Source: Deinococcales bacterium
GTDB lineage: Bacteria; Deinococcota; Deinococci; Deinococcales; JAAFIG01
Assembly: GCA_031414595.1 (NCBI GenBank)
Contig: JANNVX010000088.1
Location: forward strand, 160,001 to 224,000
DNA: 64,000 nucleotides
Direction of reading: 5' to 3'
Part shown: one piece after another, positions 43,603 to 54,484 of the stretch
Layout: the number at the start of each line of letters is the position of its first letter
How positions within the stretch are numbered: position 1 is the stretch's first letter
The notes under the pieces: generated by a model
Database searches by the model: none
Told to the model about the DNA's origin: nothing
Seen by the model: the letters and a program-made list of their open reading frames with translations, nothing else
Translations under genes and position numbers: made by a program

Positions 43603-43692
43603 GGAGAGGTGTCCGAGTGGTTTAAGGAGCACGCCTGGAAAGTGTGTGAACGGGAAACTGTTCCGAGAGTTCGAATCTCTCTCTCTCCGCCA
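43603..43692 (+). tRNA. tRNA-Ser(GGA)
   Basis: GGAGAGG acceptor stem, anticodon loop CT-GGA-AA, long variable arm, GTTCGAATC, encoded CCA. Confidence 0.96.
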
Positions 43693-43826
43693 TACTGCAC
43701 AGCGTTAATCGAATCACGCCTCGAGCAATTTTTAGACTCGAGGCGTGGCTTGTGTGAATTGATGGTTTGGATGTCAATTTGTATTTTTACTTTAAATTAC
43801 GGCAAATGTGTTAATAGGAGAGTAGC

Positions 43827-44306
43827 ATGTCGAGCAAAATGAATCCTCTTACCCATTTTAAGGATGGTATGCCCGTCATGGTGGATGTCTCGAGCAAAGC
43901 CACCACCCTGCGCTCAGCCACTGCCGAAGCCCTTGTTTGGCTGCCACAAACTGCACGGGAAGCATTCGAGGCTGGTGGTGTAGGCAAAGGTGATGTGCTG
44001 GTTGTAGCGCAACTGGCTGGGATTATGGGCGCAAAGCAGACCGCCAATTTAATTCCGCTTTGTCATCCGCTTGGTTTATCGAGTGTCGAAGTTGCCTTGT
44101 CTCGAGATGGTGAATTCGTAAAAATTCTGGCAACGGCTCGCACATCGGCACAAACAGGGGTAGAAATGGAGGCATTGACGGCGGTTAGTGTAGCGGCTTT
44201 AACGGTCTACGACATGCTCAAAGCCGCTACCAAAGGCATAGAAATCAGGCAGATTAGGCTGCTCGAGAAAACTGGTGGGAAAAGTGGCGACTGGAAAGCT
44301 GGGTAG
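43827..44306 (+). CDS. moaC: Cyclic pyranopterin monophosphate synthase
   Basis: [41 protein letters not shown]. Confidence 0.95.
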   Translation: MSSKMNPLTHFKDGMPVMVDVSSKATTLRSATAEALVWLPQTAREAFEAGGVGKGDVLVVAQLAGIMGAKQTANLIPLCHPLGLSSVEVALSRDGEFVKILATARTSAQTGVEMEALTAVSVAALTVYDMLKAATKGIEIRQIRLLEKTGGKSGDWKAG

Positions 44307-44359
44307 TTAAGCGTCAAATGGTAAAAAATCTCTCTCGGGAAATGCGCTAGAATGACGAT

Positions 44360-45334
44360 ATGCAAACGCAGTTCATTAATCCTTTTACCGATTTTGGGTT
44401 CAAAAAAATCTTTGGACAAGAAGCCAGCAAGCCAATGCTGCTTGATTTTCTCAATGCCTTGTTGCCAAAAAAACACCAAATAAAGGATTTGAGTTTTAAG
44501 ACCCTCGAGCAACTGCCCGAAACCGAAGCCCAACGCCGCGCTGTCTACGATTTGTACTGCGAATCTGATTCTGGTGAACGATTCATTGTTGAGTTACAAC
44601 GCTTACGCCAAGCCTATTTTAAGGACAGAACTATTTACTACAGCACCTTTCCAATTCGTGAGCAAGCCGAAAAAGGCAATTGGGATTATCGGCTAAATGC
44701 GGTTTACTGCATTGGTATTTTGGACTTTACCTTTGATGACTATGAACCAGAACCAAAAAGAAGTGAAGTGATCCAAGAAGTCAAACTCAAAAACCAAAAT
44801 AATCATGTTTTTTACGACAAATTAACCCTGATTTACCTCGAGATACCAAACTTTAAGAAAACCGAAGCCGAACTCGAGACGCGCTTAGATAAATGGTTGT
44901 ACTTCATTAAAAACCTTGAATATCTCGAGAGCATCCCCGAGATTTTTAAGGATGTGGTGTTCATACAAGCCTTTGAAACCGCAAAGATGGCGAATCTTGG
45001 TTCGAGCGAGTTATTTGGTTATGAACAAAGTCTAAAAATCATGCGCGATAATTATGCGACCCAGAAATACGCGATTGAAACGGCATTGGCAGAAGGACGC
45101 GAAGCTGGTCACGAAGCTGGGCGCGAGGCTGGACTTGTGGAAGGACGCGAAGCAGGAATTGTAGAGGGACGCGAAGCAGGAATTGCCGAAGGTGAAGCCA
45201 GAGGTAAAACTGAAGGCGAACGCCAAGCCAAACAAGCCATTGCCAAAACCTTGCTCGAGCAGGGTATGAGCAGAGAACAAGTCAGTTCGATTACTGGTTT
45301 AGAGGTAGCCGACTTAAAGGACGGTGAATCATGA
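44360..45334 (+). CDS. Rpn family nuclease / PD-(D/E)XK protein, copy 2
   Basis: Close paralogue of 19686-20588 with longer EGREAG repeat tract; leaderless -10 TAGAAT. Confidence 0.9.
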   Translation: MQTQFINPFTDFGFKKIFGQEASKPMLLDFLNALLPKKHQIKDLSFKTLEQLPETEAQRRAVYDLYCESDSGERFIVELQRLRQAYFKDRTIYYSTFPIREQAEKGNWDYRLNAVYCIGILDFTFDDYEPEPKRSEVIQEVKLKNQNNHVFYDKLTLIYLEIPNFKKTEAELETRLDKWLYFIKNLEYLESIPEIFKDVVFIQAFETAKMANLGSSELFGYEQSLKIMRDNYATQKYAIETALAEGREAGHEAGREAGLVEGREAGIVEGREAGIAEGEARGKTEGERQAKQAIAKTLLEQGMSREQVSSITGLEVADLKDGES

Positions 45335-46623
45335 AAAAAGTCTGGTTCCTACTGGTGCTGCTGTGCTTAGGCATGGTGCTTGGGCAAGGAAGCACGGATT
45401 TTTCAAAGGTGAAATTGCTGCAAAGCGTAAAAGGGCATGATGGTGAAGTCCTTACAGTAGCTTTCAGTCCAAATGGGCGGTTACTTGCCACGGGCGGAAG
45501 AGATGGCATTGTTATTTTGCGTGAAGTAAGCAGTGGTAACGAAATTAGACGATTTATGGGTCACTCAAATGCTGTGAACAGCGTAGCTTTTAGTCGAGAT
45601 GGACGCATCTTAGCAACTGGAAGTAATGATAGTACGGCGCGAGTTTGGGATGTCTCGAGTGGTTCAGACGGCACAGAATTAACACGTTTTCTAGGTCATT
45701 CAGATGCTGTGAACAGCGTGGTATTTAGTCCAGATGGACGTACTCTTGCCACAGCAAGTTGGGATAAAACCGCTCGAATTTGGGATGTTTTAAGCGGTAG
45801 TGAACTCAAACGTTTCTCAGGTCACACAAGTGGTATCAGTAATGTTGCATTTAGTCCAGATGGACGTACTCTTGCTACAGCAAGTTCGGACAAGACTGCT
45901 TGGCTCTGGGATGTCGAAACGGGCAATGAACTCAAACTCTTAACTGGTCATTCTGGTGCTTTGACCAGCATTGCCTTTAGTCCTGACGGGCGTACTCTTG
46001 CCACAGGAAGTTTGGATAAAACTGCTCGGCTCTGGGATGTCAATTCTGGGCGTGAAATCCGCAAACTCGAGGGAAATCTTGGCTCCGTTTACTCAGTTGC
46101 ATTCTCCCCAGATGGCACTCGAGTCGCTACTGGCAGCATAGACACTGCTCGCATTTAGGGTACACCAGACCTCCAACCTATTTTCGATGTTCGTAAACAA
46201 GTTGGCACACTGCAAATCAATGCTCCGACTGGCTCGAGTATTTCCATCAATAACCAAAGTGGCTCGAGTACCCAAAACCTCCCCGTAGGTGCGTATACCA
46301 TTAGCGTTTCACAAAATGGTTTTAAGACATTCACCCAAACGGTTAGTTTGGCAATTGGTCAGACCATTACGGTCAATGCAATTCTCGAGCGCGAAGTTGC
46401 CCCAAACGTACTCGAGGCTCGAGTTGACAAAGTGCTTGCTTTGCGTCAAGCCGAAAAAATCACTTCGGCACAATTCCTTGTCTTGAAACGCCTGATTGAA
46501 GACAGGCGCGAACCAAAGGACTTAACCGATTACTTGGACGATAAGCTATCCGAGCGCGATTTTCTCGAGTTGCTTTATGCTGGGGTTTTTGAACCGCAAG
46601 GTGTGCCACGCGGTAAACCCTAA
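45331..46623 (+). pseudogene. Secreted WD40-repeat plus PEGA-like domain protein interrupted by TAG at 46156-46158
   Basis: Signal peptide, six GH...FSPDG...WD repeats; frame stays open past TAG (at the expected Trp) through GTLQINAP...LPVGAYTISVSQNGF to 46623. Confidence 0.75.
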
Positions 46624-46672
46624 TTGTTTTGTCTCGAGATGATATAGCTCATCCTGATTTATTCGCACGCGC

Positions 46673-47143
46673 TTAAAGCGGTTTGCCACTTGGGTCATAC
46701 GAACGTGTGGCTTTAATACGGTCTTTGCCACCGTAAAATTCGATGGTCACTTTTTTTGGTTTGTACGCCTCGAGTTCTTTAATTTTCCAATTCTTAGCCA
46801 GTAATGCCGTGTATTTGTCGGTGTTTGCGGCATTTTGCTTTGGATTAAAATTGACGGTGTAGGACAGAATCAGTTCCGAACTATCGGTCAAGAAACTGTA
46901 GCCTTCAAGGGCGGGTTTAACTTCAGCAGCAATTTTAGTAGCACTGGCTTGGACGGCATTGGCTTGTTTGGTGCTGGCTTTTGATGCGTTCTGCATGGCT
47001 TGTTTGGTGGCTGCATCCATCACCAATTCGGGTGGCTTATTGATAATTGGGTCAACAGCCACTGGCGCACTAGGGCGCAAGACCAACGCCACAGCAATCA
47101 CAAGGACAACAATTAGGACAGCAATTCCAACTCGAGCATTCAT
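46673..47143 (-). CDS. Hypothetical membrane-anchored exported protein
   Basis: N-terminal TM helix, soluble C-terminus. Confidence 0.65.
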   Translation of the reverse strand: MNARVGIAVLIVVLVIAVALVLRPSAPVAVDPIINKPPELVMDAATKQAMQNASKASTKQANAVQASATKIAAEVKPALEGYSFLTDSSELILSYTVNFNPKQNAANTDKYTALLAKNWKIKELEAYKPKKVTIEFYGGKDRIKATRSYDPSGKPL

Positions 47144-47159
47144 AAAATCCAGTCTACCC

Positions 47160-47810
47160 TTAGCCGTCTAAGCTCGCCAAGCCCTCGCGGATGGCATACA
47201 GAGCAGCTTGGGTGCGGTTATTGAGTTGGAGCTTAGCAAAAATCTCGGATAAGCGGTTTCGCACGGTTTTTTCAGAGATATTCAGTTTAAGGGCAATCTC
47301 TTGGTTGCTCGAGCCTTGGGCTAGTAATCGCAGAATGGCGGCTTCGCGTTCGGTCAGGTCGCCTCGGTTCTCGTCGGGCAAGGATTCTTTTTTAACCCTG
47401 AAATCCTCGAGAACATTTTTTGCCATTTCTGGGTCTAAAAGTGTGCCACCTTCATAAATTTGGTGAATCGCGGCAATTAAGGTAGTCGAGTCTACGTCTT
47501 TAAGTAAGTAACCTCTTGCGCCGGCTTTGACGGCTTCAAAGACATAGCTGTCTTGGCGATACATCGTCAGGATAATCACATTGGCATTCGGGTTAATCTC
47601 GAGAATGCTTTGGGTGGCTTTTACACCGTCCAACTCGGGCATTTGAATGTCCATCAGAATCACATCTGGCTTGGTGTCGGCGGCATAGCGCACCGCTTCA
47701 CGTCCAGTTTGGGCTTCGCCAATCACGCGCAGGTCGTCTTCGGTCTCGAGCAGACTCTTTAAGCCTTGGCGAAAAAGGGCATGGTCATCGGCAAGTAGAA
47801 TTCGTATCAT
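47160..47810 (-). CDS. NarL/LuxR family response regulator
   Basis: [26 protein letters not shown]...SNQEIA...SEKTV. Confidence 0.93.
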   Translation of the reverse strand: MIRILLADDHALFRQGLKSLLETEDDLRVIGEAQTGREAVRYAADTKPDVILMDIQMPELDGVKATQSILEINPNANVIILTMYRQDSYVFEAVKAGARGYLLKDVDSTTLIAAIHQIYEGGTLLDPEMAKNVLEDFRVKKESLPDENRGDLTEREAAILRLLAQGSSNQEIALKLNISEKTVRNRLSEIFAKLQLNNRTQAALYAIREGLASLDG

Positions 47811-47898
47811 CTGGGCTATTGTACATGCTTTTTGGCTCGGGAATTGTTTCACGTATTACAACTCGAGTTCTGCTAATATCGTTATTCGAGGGGAAATT

Positions 47899-48309
47899 AT
47901 GGCAGAACTGAAAACTAAAATGACAGAGGCTTCGGTTCAGGATTTTCTTGATGCCATTCCCGACCCGAAGATACGCCAAGACTGTTTGTACCTTGGTGCT
48001 TTAATGCAGGAAGCCACCAACGCCGAGGGCAAAATCTGGGGGAAAAGCATTGTTGGTTACGGCTCACGCTTGTATACCTACCCAAACGGAAAAAGCATGG
48101 ATTGGATGGTGTTGGCTTTTGCGCCGCGAAAAGGCAAAATTGCTTTGTACTTAACAGGCGCAATTCAAGCAACCCCAGACCTGCTCGCCCAAATTGGGAA
48201 ATACACCAGCGCCGCATCTTGCCTGTATATCAAGCGCCTAAGCGATGTCCATGAAGATGTTCTCAAGGAATTATTACGCACCACTGTTTCACGGCTTACC
48301 AAAAGCTAA
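47899..48309 (+). CDS. DUF1801 (YdhG-like) domain protein
   Basis: IWGKSIVGYG...FAPRK...CLYIKRLSDV. Confidence 0.8.
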   Translation: MAELKTKMTEASVQDFLDAIPDPKIRQDCLYLGALMQEATNAEGKIWGKSIVGYGSRLYTYPNGKSMDWMVLAFAPRKGKIALYLTGAIQATPDLLAQIGKYTSAASCLYIKRLSDVHEDVLKELLRTTVSRLTKS

Positions 48310-48311
48310 AT

Positions 48312-48797
48312 TCATTTTGGAAAAACCGTTAAATTCAATGCCGCCAGCGAAGCATAGCTAACCCGCCAAGCCGAAGCGTTATTGCTCGAGAGCAGAAGTG
48401 TTCCAGTGCGCTTCTGCACCCCTGAAGCCAAGTTCAAAGTCAGATTGATGACCACACTGGCAGAATTGCCTGAAACTGTGGTTTTGCCAAAACTAAGCTG
48501 GAATCCCCGCACGGTTTTACTCGAGACCAATGCCGCTAAACCACTCGGCGCATCAGCAATAAATTTACCAGTCCAAGCAGGATTGCCGCACTGCATCCCT
48601 TCAAAGACCTGACGTACTGCATTTTGGGCATTGCTGGCATTCTGGGCTGGTGTGACTTTATCACCTGCCGAAACGATGTTGATGGCTGCAACTGCCCAAT
48701 GACAGGGCGGCACATCCACATAGGCTGTTTGGGCTTGTGCCAAACCAAGTAACCCAATCGCCGCACCAACAATAACCAAAGGGATTTTCATTTTCAA
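48312..48797 (-). CDS. Exported hypothetical protein with SLH-like N-terminus
   Basis: Signal peptide AQA|Q, YVDVPPCHWAVAAI. Confidence 0.65.
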   Translation of the reverse strand: MKMKIPLVIVGAAIGLLGLAQAQTAYVDVPPCHWAVAAINIVSAGDKVTPAQNASNAQNAVRQVFEGMQCGNPAWTGKFIADAPSGLAALVSSKTVRGFQLSFGKTTVSGNSASVVINLTLNLASGVQKRTGTLLLSSNNASAWRVSYASLAALNLTVFPK

Positions 48798-48862
48798 AGT
48801 CTAGCAGAGTAACTTAAAACCACCTGTAAGAAACCATCCAATTATTTGCTAGACTAGGCTAC

Positions 48863-49273
48863 ATGGAACGAAAAATTCGGGTCTTAATCGCCAAACCGGG
48901 CTTAGATGGGCATGACCGTGGTGCAAAAGTGATTGCTCGGGCGCTGCGTGACGCTGGGATGGAAGTGATTTACACTGGTTTGCGCCAAACCTCAGAGATG
49001 ATTGTCAATGCTGCCGTGCAAGAAGATGTGGATGCAATTGGATTATCGGTCTTAAGTGGCGCTCACATGCACTATTTCAGAGAAATCCGTGTCATGCTCG
49101 AGACACGCCAAGCAACCGATATTTTACTTTTTGGCGGCGGTATTATTCCAGACCAAGACTTGCCAAAACTCGAGGAGCTTGGCGTAGACGGATTATTTAC
49201 GCCCGGCACAAGTACCCAAGATGTGGTCAGTTTTCTCGAGACCAAAGTACCGCCGCGTTGGACAAAGCTCTAA
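48863..49273 (+). CDS. Methylmalonyl-CoA mutase cobalamin-binding (C-terminal) subunit
   Basis: [33 protein letters not shown]. Confidence 0.93.
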   Translation: MERKIRVLIAKPGLDGHDRGAKVIARALRDAGMEVIYTGLRQTSEMIVNAAVQEDVDAIGLSVLSGAHMHYFREIRVMLETRQATDILLFGGGIIPDQDLPKLEELGVDGLFTPGTSTQDVVSFLETKVPPRWTKL

Positions 49274-49397
49274 ATCAGCTTGACTCGAGACCGATTAGCA
49301 AATAATTAAACCAGCGTTAAAATAGAGTCCGTATACAAAACACCTTGCCAAGTGCCATAATCGCAGGTGGGTACACCCCGAATTTCTAGGAGGAAAT

Positions 49398-50516
49398 ATG
49401 AAGAAAGCAATGGCATTAAGTGCAGTTGCCGCAATGCTCGCATTCGGCTTCACAACCGCACAACAACCAATCCGTGTAGGAATGGCGTTCGATGCAGGTG
49501 GAAAGAACGACAAGAGCTTCAACCAAAGCGCTTTTGAAGGCGCACAACGTGCCGCCAAGCAATTTGGTGTCGAAGTCAAAGACTTTGAACCATCTGACCC
49601 TAGCCAAGTCGGTTCTGGCATTCGTGCCTTTGCCGAAGCTGGCTTTGACTTGGTGATTGGCGTGGGCTTTGCCAACCAACCAAGCATCACCAAGACCGCC
49701 GCCGAATTCAAGGACACCAAATTTGCTGTGATTGACGACGTACCAACTGGCGACAACACCAGTGGCGCAGTTTTCCGCGAACACGAAGGCAGCTTCTTGG
49801 TCGGTTACATTGCTGGAAAAACCAGCAGCACTGGCGTGATTGGCTTTGTCGGCGGAATGCAAATTCCGTTAATTCGTAAGTTCTACGCTGGCTTTAATGC
49901 TGGTGTCAAAGCCGCCTGCCCAACTTGCACCACAATCGAAAACTACACTGGCACAACCCCAGAAGCCTGGAACAACCCAACCAAAGCGCGTGAAATTGCG
50001 GCTGCCCAAGGTGCAAAAGGCGCAGATATTATTTACGCTGCGGCTGGCGGTTCGGGTGCCGGAGCGCTCAAGTACGTGATGGATACCAAGTGCATCAGTG
50101 GCACAAAACCACCGGCTGGCATTAAACTCAAACCCGCCTTGGCTGGTCTTCGCAGCGTTGCCAAACCAAAAGACTACAGCGCCAAGTGCAAAACCACTGA
50201 CCGCCCAATGTTCTTTATTGGTGTAGACAGCAACCAAAACTACTTAGGCGATTCTGACAAAGACCCAAAGACCATGAACTACGTGCTGACCAGCATGTTA
50301 AAGCGCGTGGATTTGGCAGTCTTTAACCTGATTCGTGGCATTGCCCAGAATCGTCCTTGGATTAAAGGCGCTCAAGAATTTGGCTTGGACAACAGTGGTG
50401 TTGGTTACGCTCTTGACCAATACAACGAAGCCTTGATTTCAGCTGACACGATCAAAGGTGTAGAGTCCGCCAAAGCCCGTATTATCAACGGTCAACTTGA
50501 CGTTGCCGACAAATAA
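49398..50516 (+). CDS. BMP family ABC substrate-binding protein
   Basis: GGKNDKSFNQSA, FREHEGSFLVG, IGVDSNQ, LTSMLKRVD; AGGAGG RBS. Confidence 0.9.
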   Translation: MKKAMALSAVAAMLAFGFTTAQQPIRVGMAFDAGGKNDKSFNQSAFEGAQRAAKQFGVEVKDFEPSDPSQVGSGIRAFAEAGFDLVIGVGFANQPSITKTAAEFKDTKFAVIDDVPTGDNTSGAVFREHEGSFLVGYIAGKTSSTGVIGFVGGMQIPLIRKFYAGFNAGVKAACPTCTTIENYTGTTPEAWNNPTKAREIAAAQGAKGADIIYAAAGGSGAGALKYVMDTKCISGTKPPAGIKLKPALAGLRSVAKPKDYSAKCKTTDRPMFFIGVDSNQNYLGDSDKDPKTMNYVLTSMLKRVDLAVFNLIRGIAQNRPWIKGAQEFGLDNSGVGYALDQYNEALISADTIKGVESAKARIINGQLDVADK

Positions 50517-50530
50517 GCCTTATTCTCGAG

Positions 50531-50561
50531 AACCGCACCCCATAACAGGGTGCGGTTTTTT
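50531..50561 (+). terminator. Intrinsic terminator
   Basis: AACCGCACCC-cataaca-GGGTGCGGTT then T run. Confidence 0.85.
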
Positions 50562-50619
50562 GTACAAACTGTGACAAATAACCAAGTCACGACTAAGAAA
50601 TATGTTTGAATAGCGACTC

Positions 50620-52923
50620 ATGGATACAAAACCCTCGAGCCATTCAGAAGTTATTCCTAGACTTCTGCTGTTTGGGTTGATTTTTTGTACTTGTATTAGG
50701 CAAATTTGGTTGGCTTTGCCTAATATCGCCGAGCAAACACTGTTAGGCAACTTAATCAGCTTACCAAGCTCTTTTTTAGCTGGCTTACTGTGTTTTTCAG
50801 TCGGATTTTATAGGCTGCCGATGCGCCGAACTTGGTGGTTTTTTGCGGCTGCCCTACTGTTCTTTTTTTTAGGTGATCTCAGTTGGACGATTCTCGAGTC
50901 GGTGCTGCAACAAGACCCGTATCCTTCGGTTGCCGATTTTTTCTATTTGAGTCTTTTTCCACTGATTTACCTAGGACTACTCAGTTTTCCGCGAAAAAAA
51001 TTACAACCAGCCGATGTTGTTCAGTTACTGCTTCAAGTTGGAATCATCACGGCTGCCATTGGAACTTTTTTATGGCATTTTATTTTTGCCCAAATTATCA
51101 GCAATGGCGAAGCACCACTTAGTTTTGTCGTTTCACTTTCTTATCCGCTCGGCGATGTGATTTTACTGGCGATGGTACTTTTTGTTATTTTTCGACCCAA
51201 TGGGCGACGTTTTCAAATTGAGTTCAATTGGATTTTGCTGGCAACGCTTTTTCAAATCTTGGCAGATTTATACTTTTCGTATCTCAGTGCCAATAACTTA
51301 GAAAGCACCGTCAATGTATTTGATGGTGGTTGGGGATGGTTCGCTTGTTTTGTTGGTGTAGCGGCGTATCACAACTTCAAAAGAACCGAGACTTACGAAA
51401 TTTCTAACACAAACCAGCCTGTGTTTCATTCGTTTTTTGCCATAAGCGCTCCGTTTTTTGCTAGTTTTGCAGCCGTGGTTTTACTAATTACTACAAGTCA
51501 ACAACATTCGTTGCAGTATCAAGGAACGGGTATTGGCGTGCTGGTGGTACTGAGTTTTGTGGTGGTTCGTTTGGTGCTGATGACCTTAGACAACAAGAAC
51601 TTAAATCGGCAATTAATCAACTTTTCTTTAGAATTAGAAGCTCGGGTCGAACAACGCACCCAACAACTCGAGTGGAATGCCACCCATGATGCCCTGACTG
51701 GACTAGCCAACCGAGTTTTATTACAACGTCAATTGCAACACCACTTACTAGAAAACCATGTGGCGGTCTTGTTGATTGATTTGGATGGTTTCAAACGCAT
51801 CAATGACACGCTTGGGCATCAAATTGGCGACTATTTACTATGTGAAGTTGCCAAACGACTTGAGCAGCTTTGTCCTTTGGTGGCTCGGACTGGAGGTGAT
51901 GAATTTGTACTGGTTTGTCTCGAGAAAACAGCTGCCGATGCACTTGCACAAGCTGCCCTTAGTGCAATTGAACAACCGTTTCTGGTTTCAGGACAACAGT
52001 TTTGCATCAGTGCAAGTATCGGCATCAGTCAGTCCCCTGAAGATGGTACGACTTCCGAAATTCTGCAACGTCATGCCGATGCAGCCATGTATGTGGCTAA
52101 AAACCAAGGAGTTGGGAACGTTGAACACTTTACATTTGCAATTAAACAGCAACTAGACCGCCGATTTGAACTTGAACAAAATTTGCGTCACGCCCTCGAG
52201 AATAAAGAATTTCACCTTCAATATCAGCCAATTATAGACAGCCACACCAATAAACTAGATTCGCTAGAAGCACTTTTACGTTGGAATTCACCAGCACTTG
52301 GTCTAGTATCGCCCTTGGAGTTTATTCCAGTCACCGAAAACACTGGTTTAATTGCTGCATTAACCGACTGGATAATAGAAGAAGTTTGTTGGCAATTACA
52401 AACTTGGAAAATACTGGGCTTAGAAATTGTTCCTGTTTCAATCAATATTCCAATGGCACAAGTCGGACAATTGACCTTCACCAAATTGCTACAACAAAAA
52501 CTCGAGCAGTACCAAATTGTCGCCCAATACATTCAAATCGAATTGCTTGAAGCTGCCCTTGCCCAACCCAATGTTGCCGAACAACTGGTGATGTTTCGTC
52601 AAATGGGCATCAAAATAGCAATAGATGACTTTGGTACAGGATATTCTAACCTGAGTTATTTTAATCAGTTGCCAATAGATACCGTTAAAATTGACCAAAG
52701 TTTTATCCAACAAACAAGTTCACACACCATTCTCGAGGGTTTAACCGCCTTTTGTAAACATCTGAAGGTTAAGGTCGTGGTTGAAGGTGTGGAAACAAAA
52801 GCTCAACTCGAGCAATTAAAATTACTCAATTGTCATGCGATTCAAGGTCATATTTTTGCTGCCCCATCTGACCCAGAAGTAGTTGAGAATTGGCTAAAAA
52901 ACCCGAATTTTAAGTCAATTTAG
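50620..52923 (+). CDS. Membrane-bound GGDEF-EAL protein
   Basis: HDALTGLANR, DLDGFKRIND, GGDEF, EALLR, DDFGTG, EGVE; multi-TM N-terminus. Confidence 0.93.
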   Translation: MDTKPSSHSEVIPRLLLFGLIFCTCIRQIWLALPNIAEQTLLGNLISLPSSFLAGLLCFSVGFYRLPMRRTWWFFAAALLFFFLGDLSWTILESVLQQDPYPSVADFFYLSLFPLIYLGLLSFPRKKLQPADVVQLLLQVGIITAAIGTFLWHFIFAQIISNGEAPLSFVVSLSYPLGDVILLAMVLFVIFRPNGRRFQIEFNWILLATLFQILADLYFSYLSANNLESTVNVFDGGWGWFACFVGVAAYHNFKRTETYEISNTNQPVFHSFFAISAPFFASFAAVVLLITTSQQHSLQYQGTGIGVLVVLSFVVVRLVLMTLDNKNLNRQLINFSLELEARVEQRTQQLEWNATHDALTGLANRVLLQRQLQHHLLENHVAVLLIDLDGFKRINDTLGHQIGDYLLCEVAKRLEQLCPLVARTGGDEFVLVCLEKTAADALAQAALSAIEQPFLVSGQQFCISASIGISQSPEDGTTSEILQRHADAAMYVAKNQGVGNVEHFTFAIKQQLDRRFELEQNLRHALENKEFHLQYQPIIDSHTNKLDSLEALLRWNSPALGLVSPLEFIPVTENTGLIAALTDWIIEEVCWQLQTWKILGLEIVPVSINIPMAQVGQLTFTKLLQQKLEQYQIVAQYIQIELLEAALAQPNVAEQLVMFRQMGIKIAIDDFGTGYSNLSYFNQLPIDTVKIDQSFIQQTSSHTILEGLTAFCKHLKVKVVVEGVETKAQLEQLKLLNCHAIQGHIFAAPSDPEVVENWLKNPNFKSI

Positions 52924-54275
52924 GTCTCTTCTTTGTGTTCTTTACCAAGGGCTTTTTGCACTTCTAAAGCAGCCCGTTCGCCTGCTTCGATTGCCCCTTC
53001 AACATAGCCGTAGTACCAAACAGCCGTTTCTGTTCCCGCAAAGTGAATTCTGCCAATTGGGTCGCGGAGTTCTTCAAAGCCGTTGGTCATCACCCCGGGT
53101 GGGGCGTAACACTGGTAGCCACCACCGATAAACGGTTCGGTCATCCAGTCATGGTCAAAGTAATCTCGCGGGTAGAGTGCTTCGTCACCGTAAATCATGG
53201 CAAGGTTTTCCAGCACTGCGCGGCGGCGCGTCCCAGCCGGACGGTCAGACCAAAATACGGCATCGTCACCACCAATAAAGGCAACCAGCGCTGGGTGCTT
53301 ATCATCGTGGCTCGACGCATCCATCGCATGGTCAAAAATCAGGTTGTCGGGGTCTACAGCTTTTAAGGTTTGGCTGCGCCAGAACGGACGGTCATAGATT
53401 GCAAAGCATTTAATCACACTGCCCATCTCGAGACGCTGCATGAGTTTCATACGGCGGCGTGGCAGCACAGGGTCAAAGTCTATGCGTTGGGCTTGGTTGG
53501 GTGGAATTGCCACAATCGCATGTTTAGCGGTGACACTAAAGCCTTCGGAAATAACCCGCACACCCAAATCTGAATGCTCGAGTTCGTAGGCTTGAGAATT
53601 CAGGTGTAACCTATCGCCAAGTTCTTCGGCAAGTTTGGTGCAAATGACCTGCATTCCTTCGGTCAAGCGCATGGTGTGGTTGCCGCCATCAAGGTCTATT
53701 AAGTCCTCAAAACCGCCAGCGCTGCGAACACTGTAGAGTAAAAACAGCATCGAAAAATCCTTGGGTTCGATGGTGTACTCGGTGCGAATCAGTTGGTCAA
53801 AGAGATGGCGCAGGTACTCAGACTCAAGATTCTGGCATTTCCATTCTTCAACGCTCATCACATCGAGTTGCGAAGCATTGGGCGTTTCGGCGGGGCGTTC
53901 GACATTAACTTGATCGACCAACCAACCAATTTTAGCCGTGAACCATGCCCATTCTGCTTGGGTCAGTTTGTCCATACTCGAGAGAGGCTGAGCGCTTAAA
54001 TCCATTCGACCGATTTCATTTTGGGCAAAAGTGGCTAGACCCAGTTCTTGCACCAGCCGAGTGACACGCCACATCTCAGGTCCTAGCCATTGCCCACCAA
54101 GGTCAAAAGCAGTTCCATCTGGTAGCACTTTGGTCAGCAACCGACCGCCAACACGCGGGGCAGCCTCGAGAACAACCACATCCACACCAGCTTCGATTAG
54201 CTTATGGGCAGCAATCAAGCCAGAAATTCCCGCACCGACAATCACCGTATCTGTGGTGATTTCAAGTGGTGGCAT
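52920..54275 (-). CDS. Flavin monoamine oxidase family protein
   Basis: GAGISG, EAAPRVGGR, DLGGQW, FAGTET...GYVEGAIEAGERAA; AGGAG RBS. Confidence 0.9.
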   Translation of the reverse strand: MPPLEITTDTVIVGAGISGLIAAHKLIEAGVDVVVLEAAPRVGGRLLTKVLPDGTAFDLGGQWLGPEMWRVTRLVQELGLATFAQNEIGRMDLSAQPLSSMDKLTQAEWAWFTAKIGWLVDQVNVERPAETPNASQLDVMSVEEWKCQNLESEYLRHLFDQLIRTEYTIEPKDFSMLFLLYSVRSAGGFEDLIDLDGGNHTMRLTEGMQVICTKLAEELGDRLHLNSQAYELEHSDLGVRVISEGFSVTAKHAIVAIPPNQAQRIDFDPVLPRRRMKLMQRLEMGSVIKCFAIYDRPFWRSQTLKAVDPDNLIFDHAMDASSHDDKHPALVAFIGGDDAVFWSDRPAGTRRRAVLENLAMIYGDEALYPRDYFDHDWMTEPFIGGGYQCYAPPGVMTNGFEELRDPIGRIHFAGTETAVWYYGYVEGAIEAGERAALEVQKALGKEHKEET

Positions 54276-54484
54276 ACGTTTCACATCTCCTAAAAAATTA
54301 TTAAAACCAAGAACGAAAAGACGAATAGTTAGGCAGCCATGATACGCGCCACCATAAAAAAAAAGCAAACGAGACAAAATCTATTGTGATAAACACCACA
54401 AATTTATTCAGGGCGCTTTCAGACTTGAATTTGTAAATTATCCTATGGACGCAAATTCCCCACCAATGGGTAGAATGGTTAAAC

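Noticed and set aside
22523-46158. TAG recoding suggested by two in-frame amber codons
   Set aside because: They align to different residues (Gln and Trp), and TAG ends clearly complete genes such as ssb and moaC
43603-46623. tRNA-Ser as integration site of an island
   Set aside because: No duplicated tRNA 3' end or integrase found; moaC follows directly
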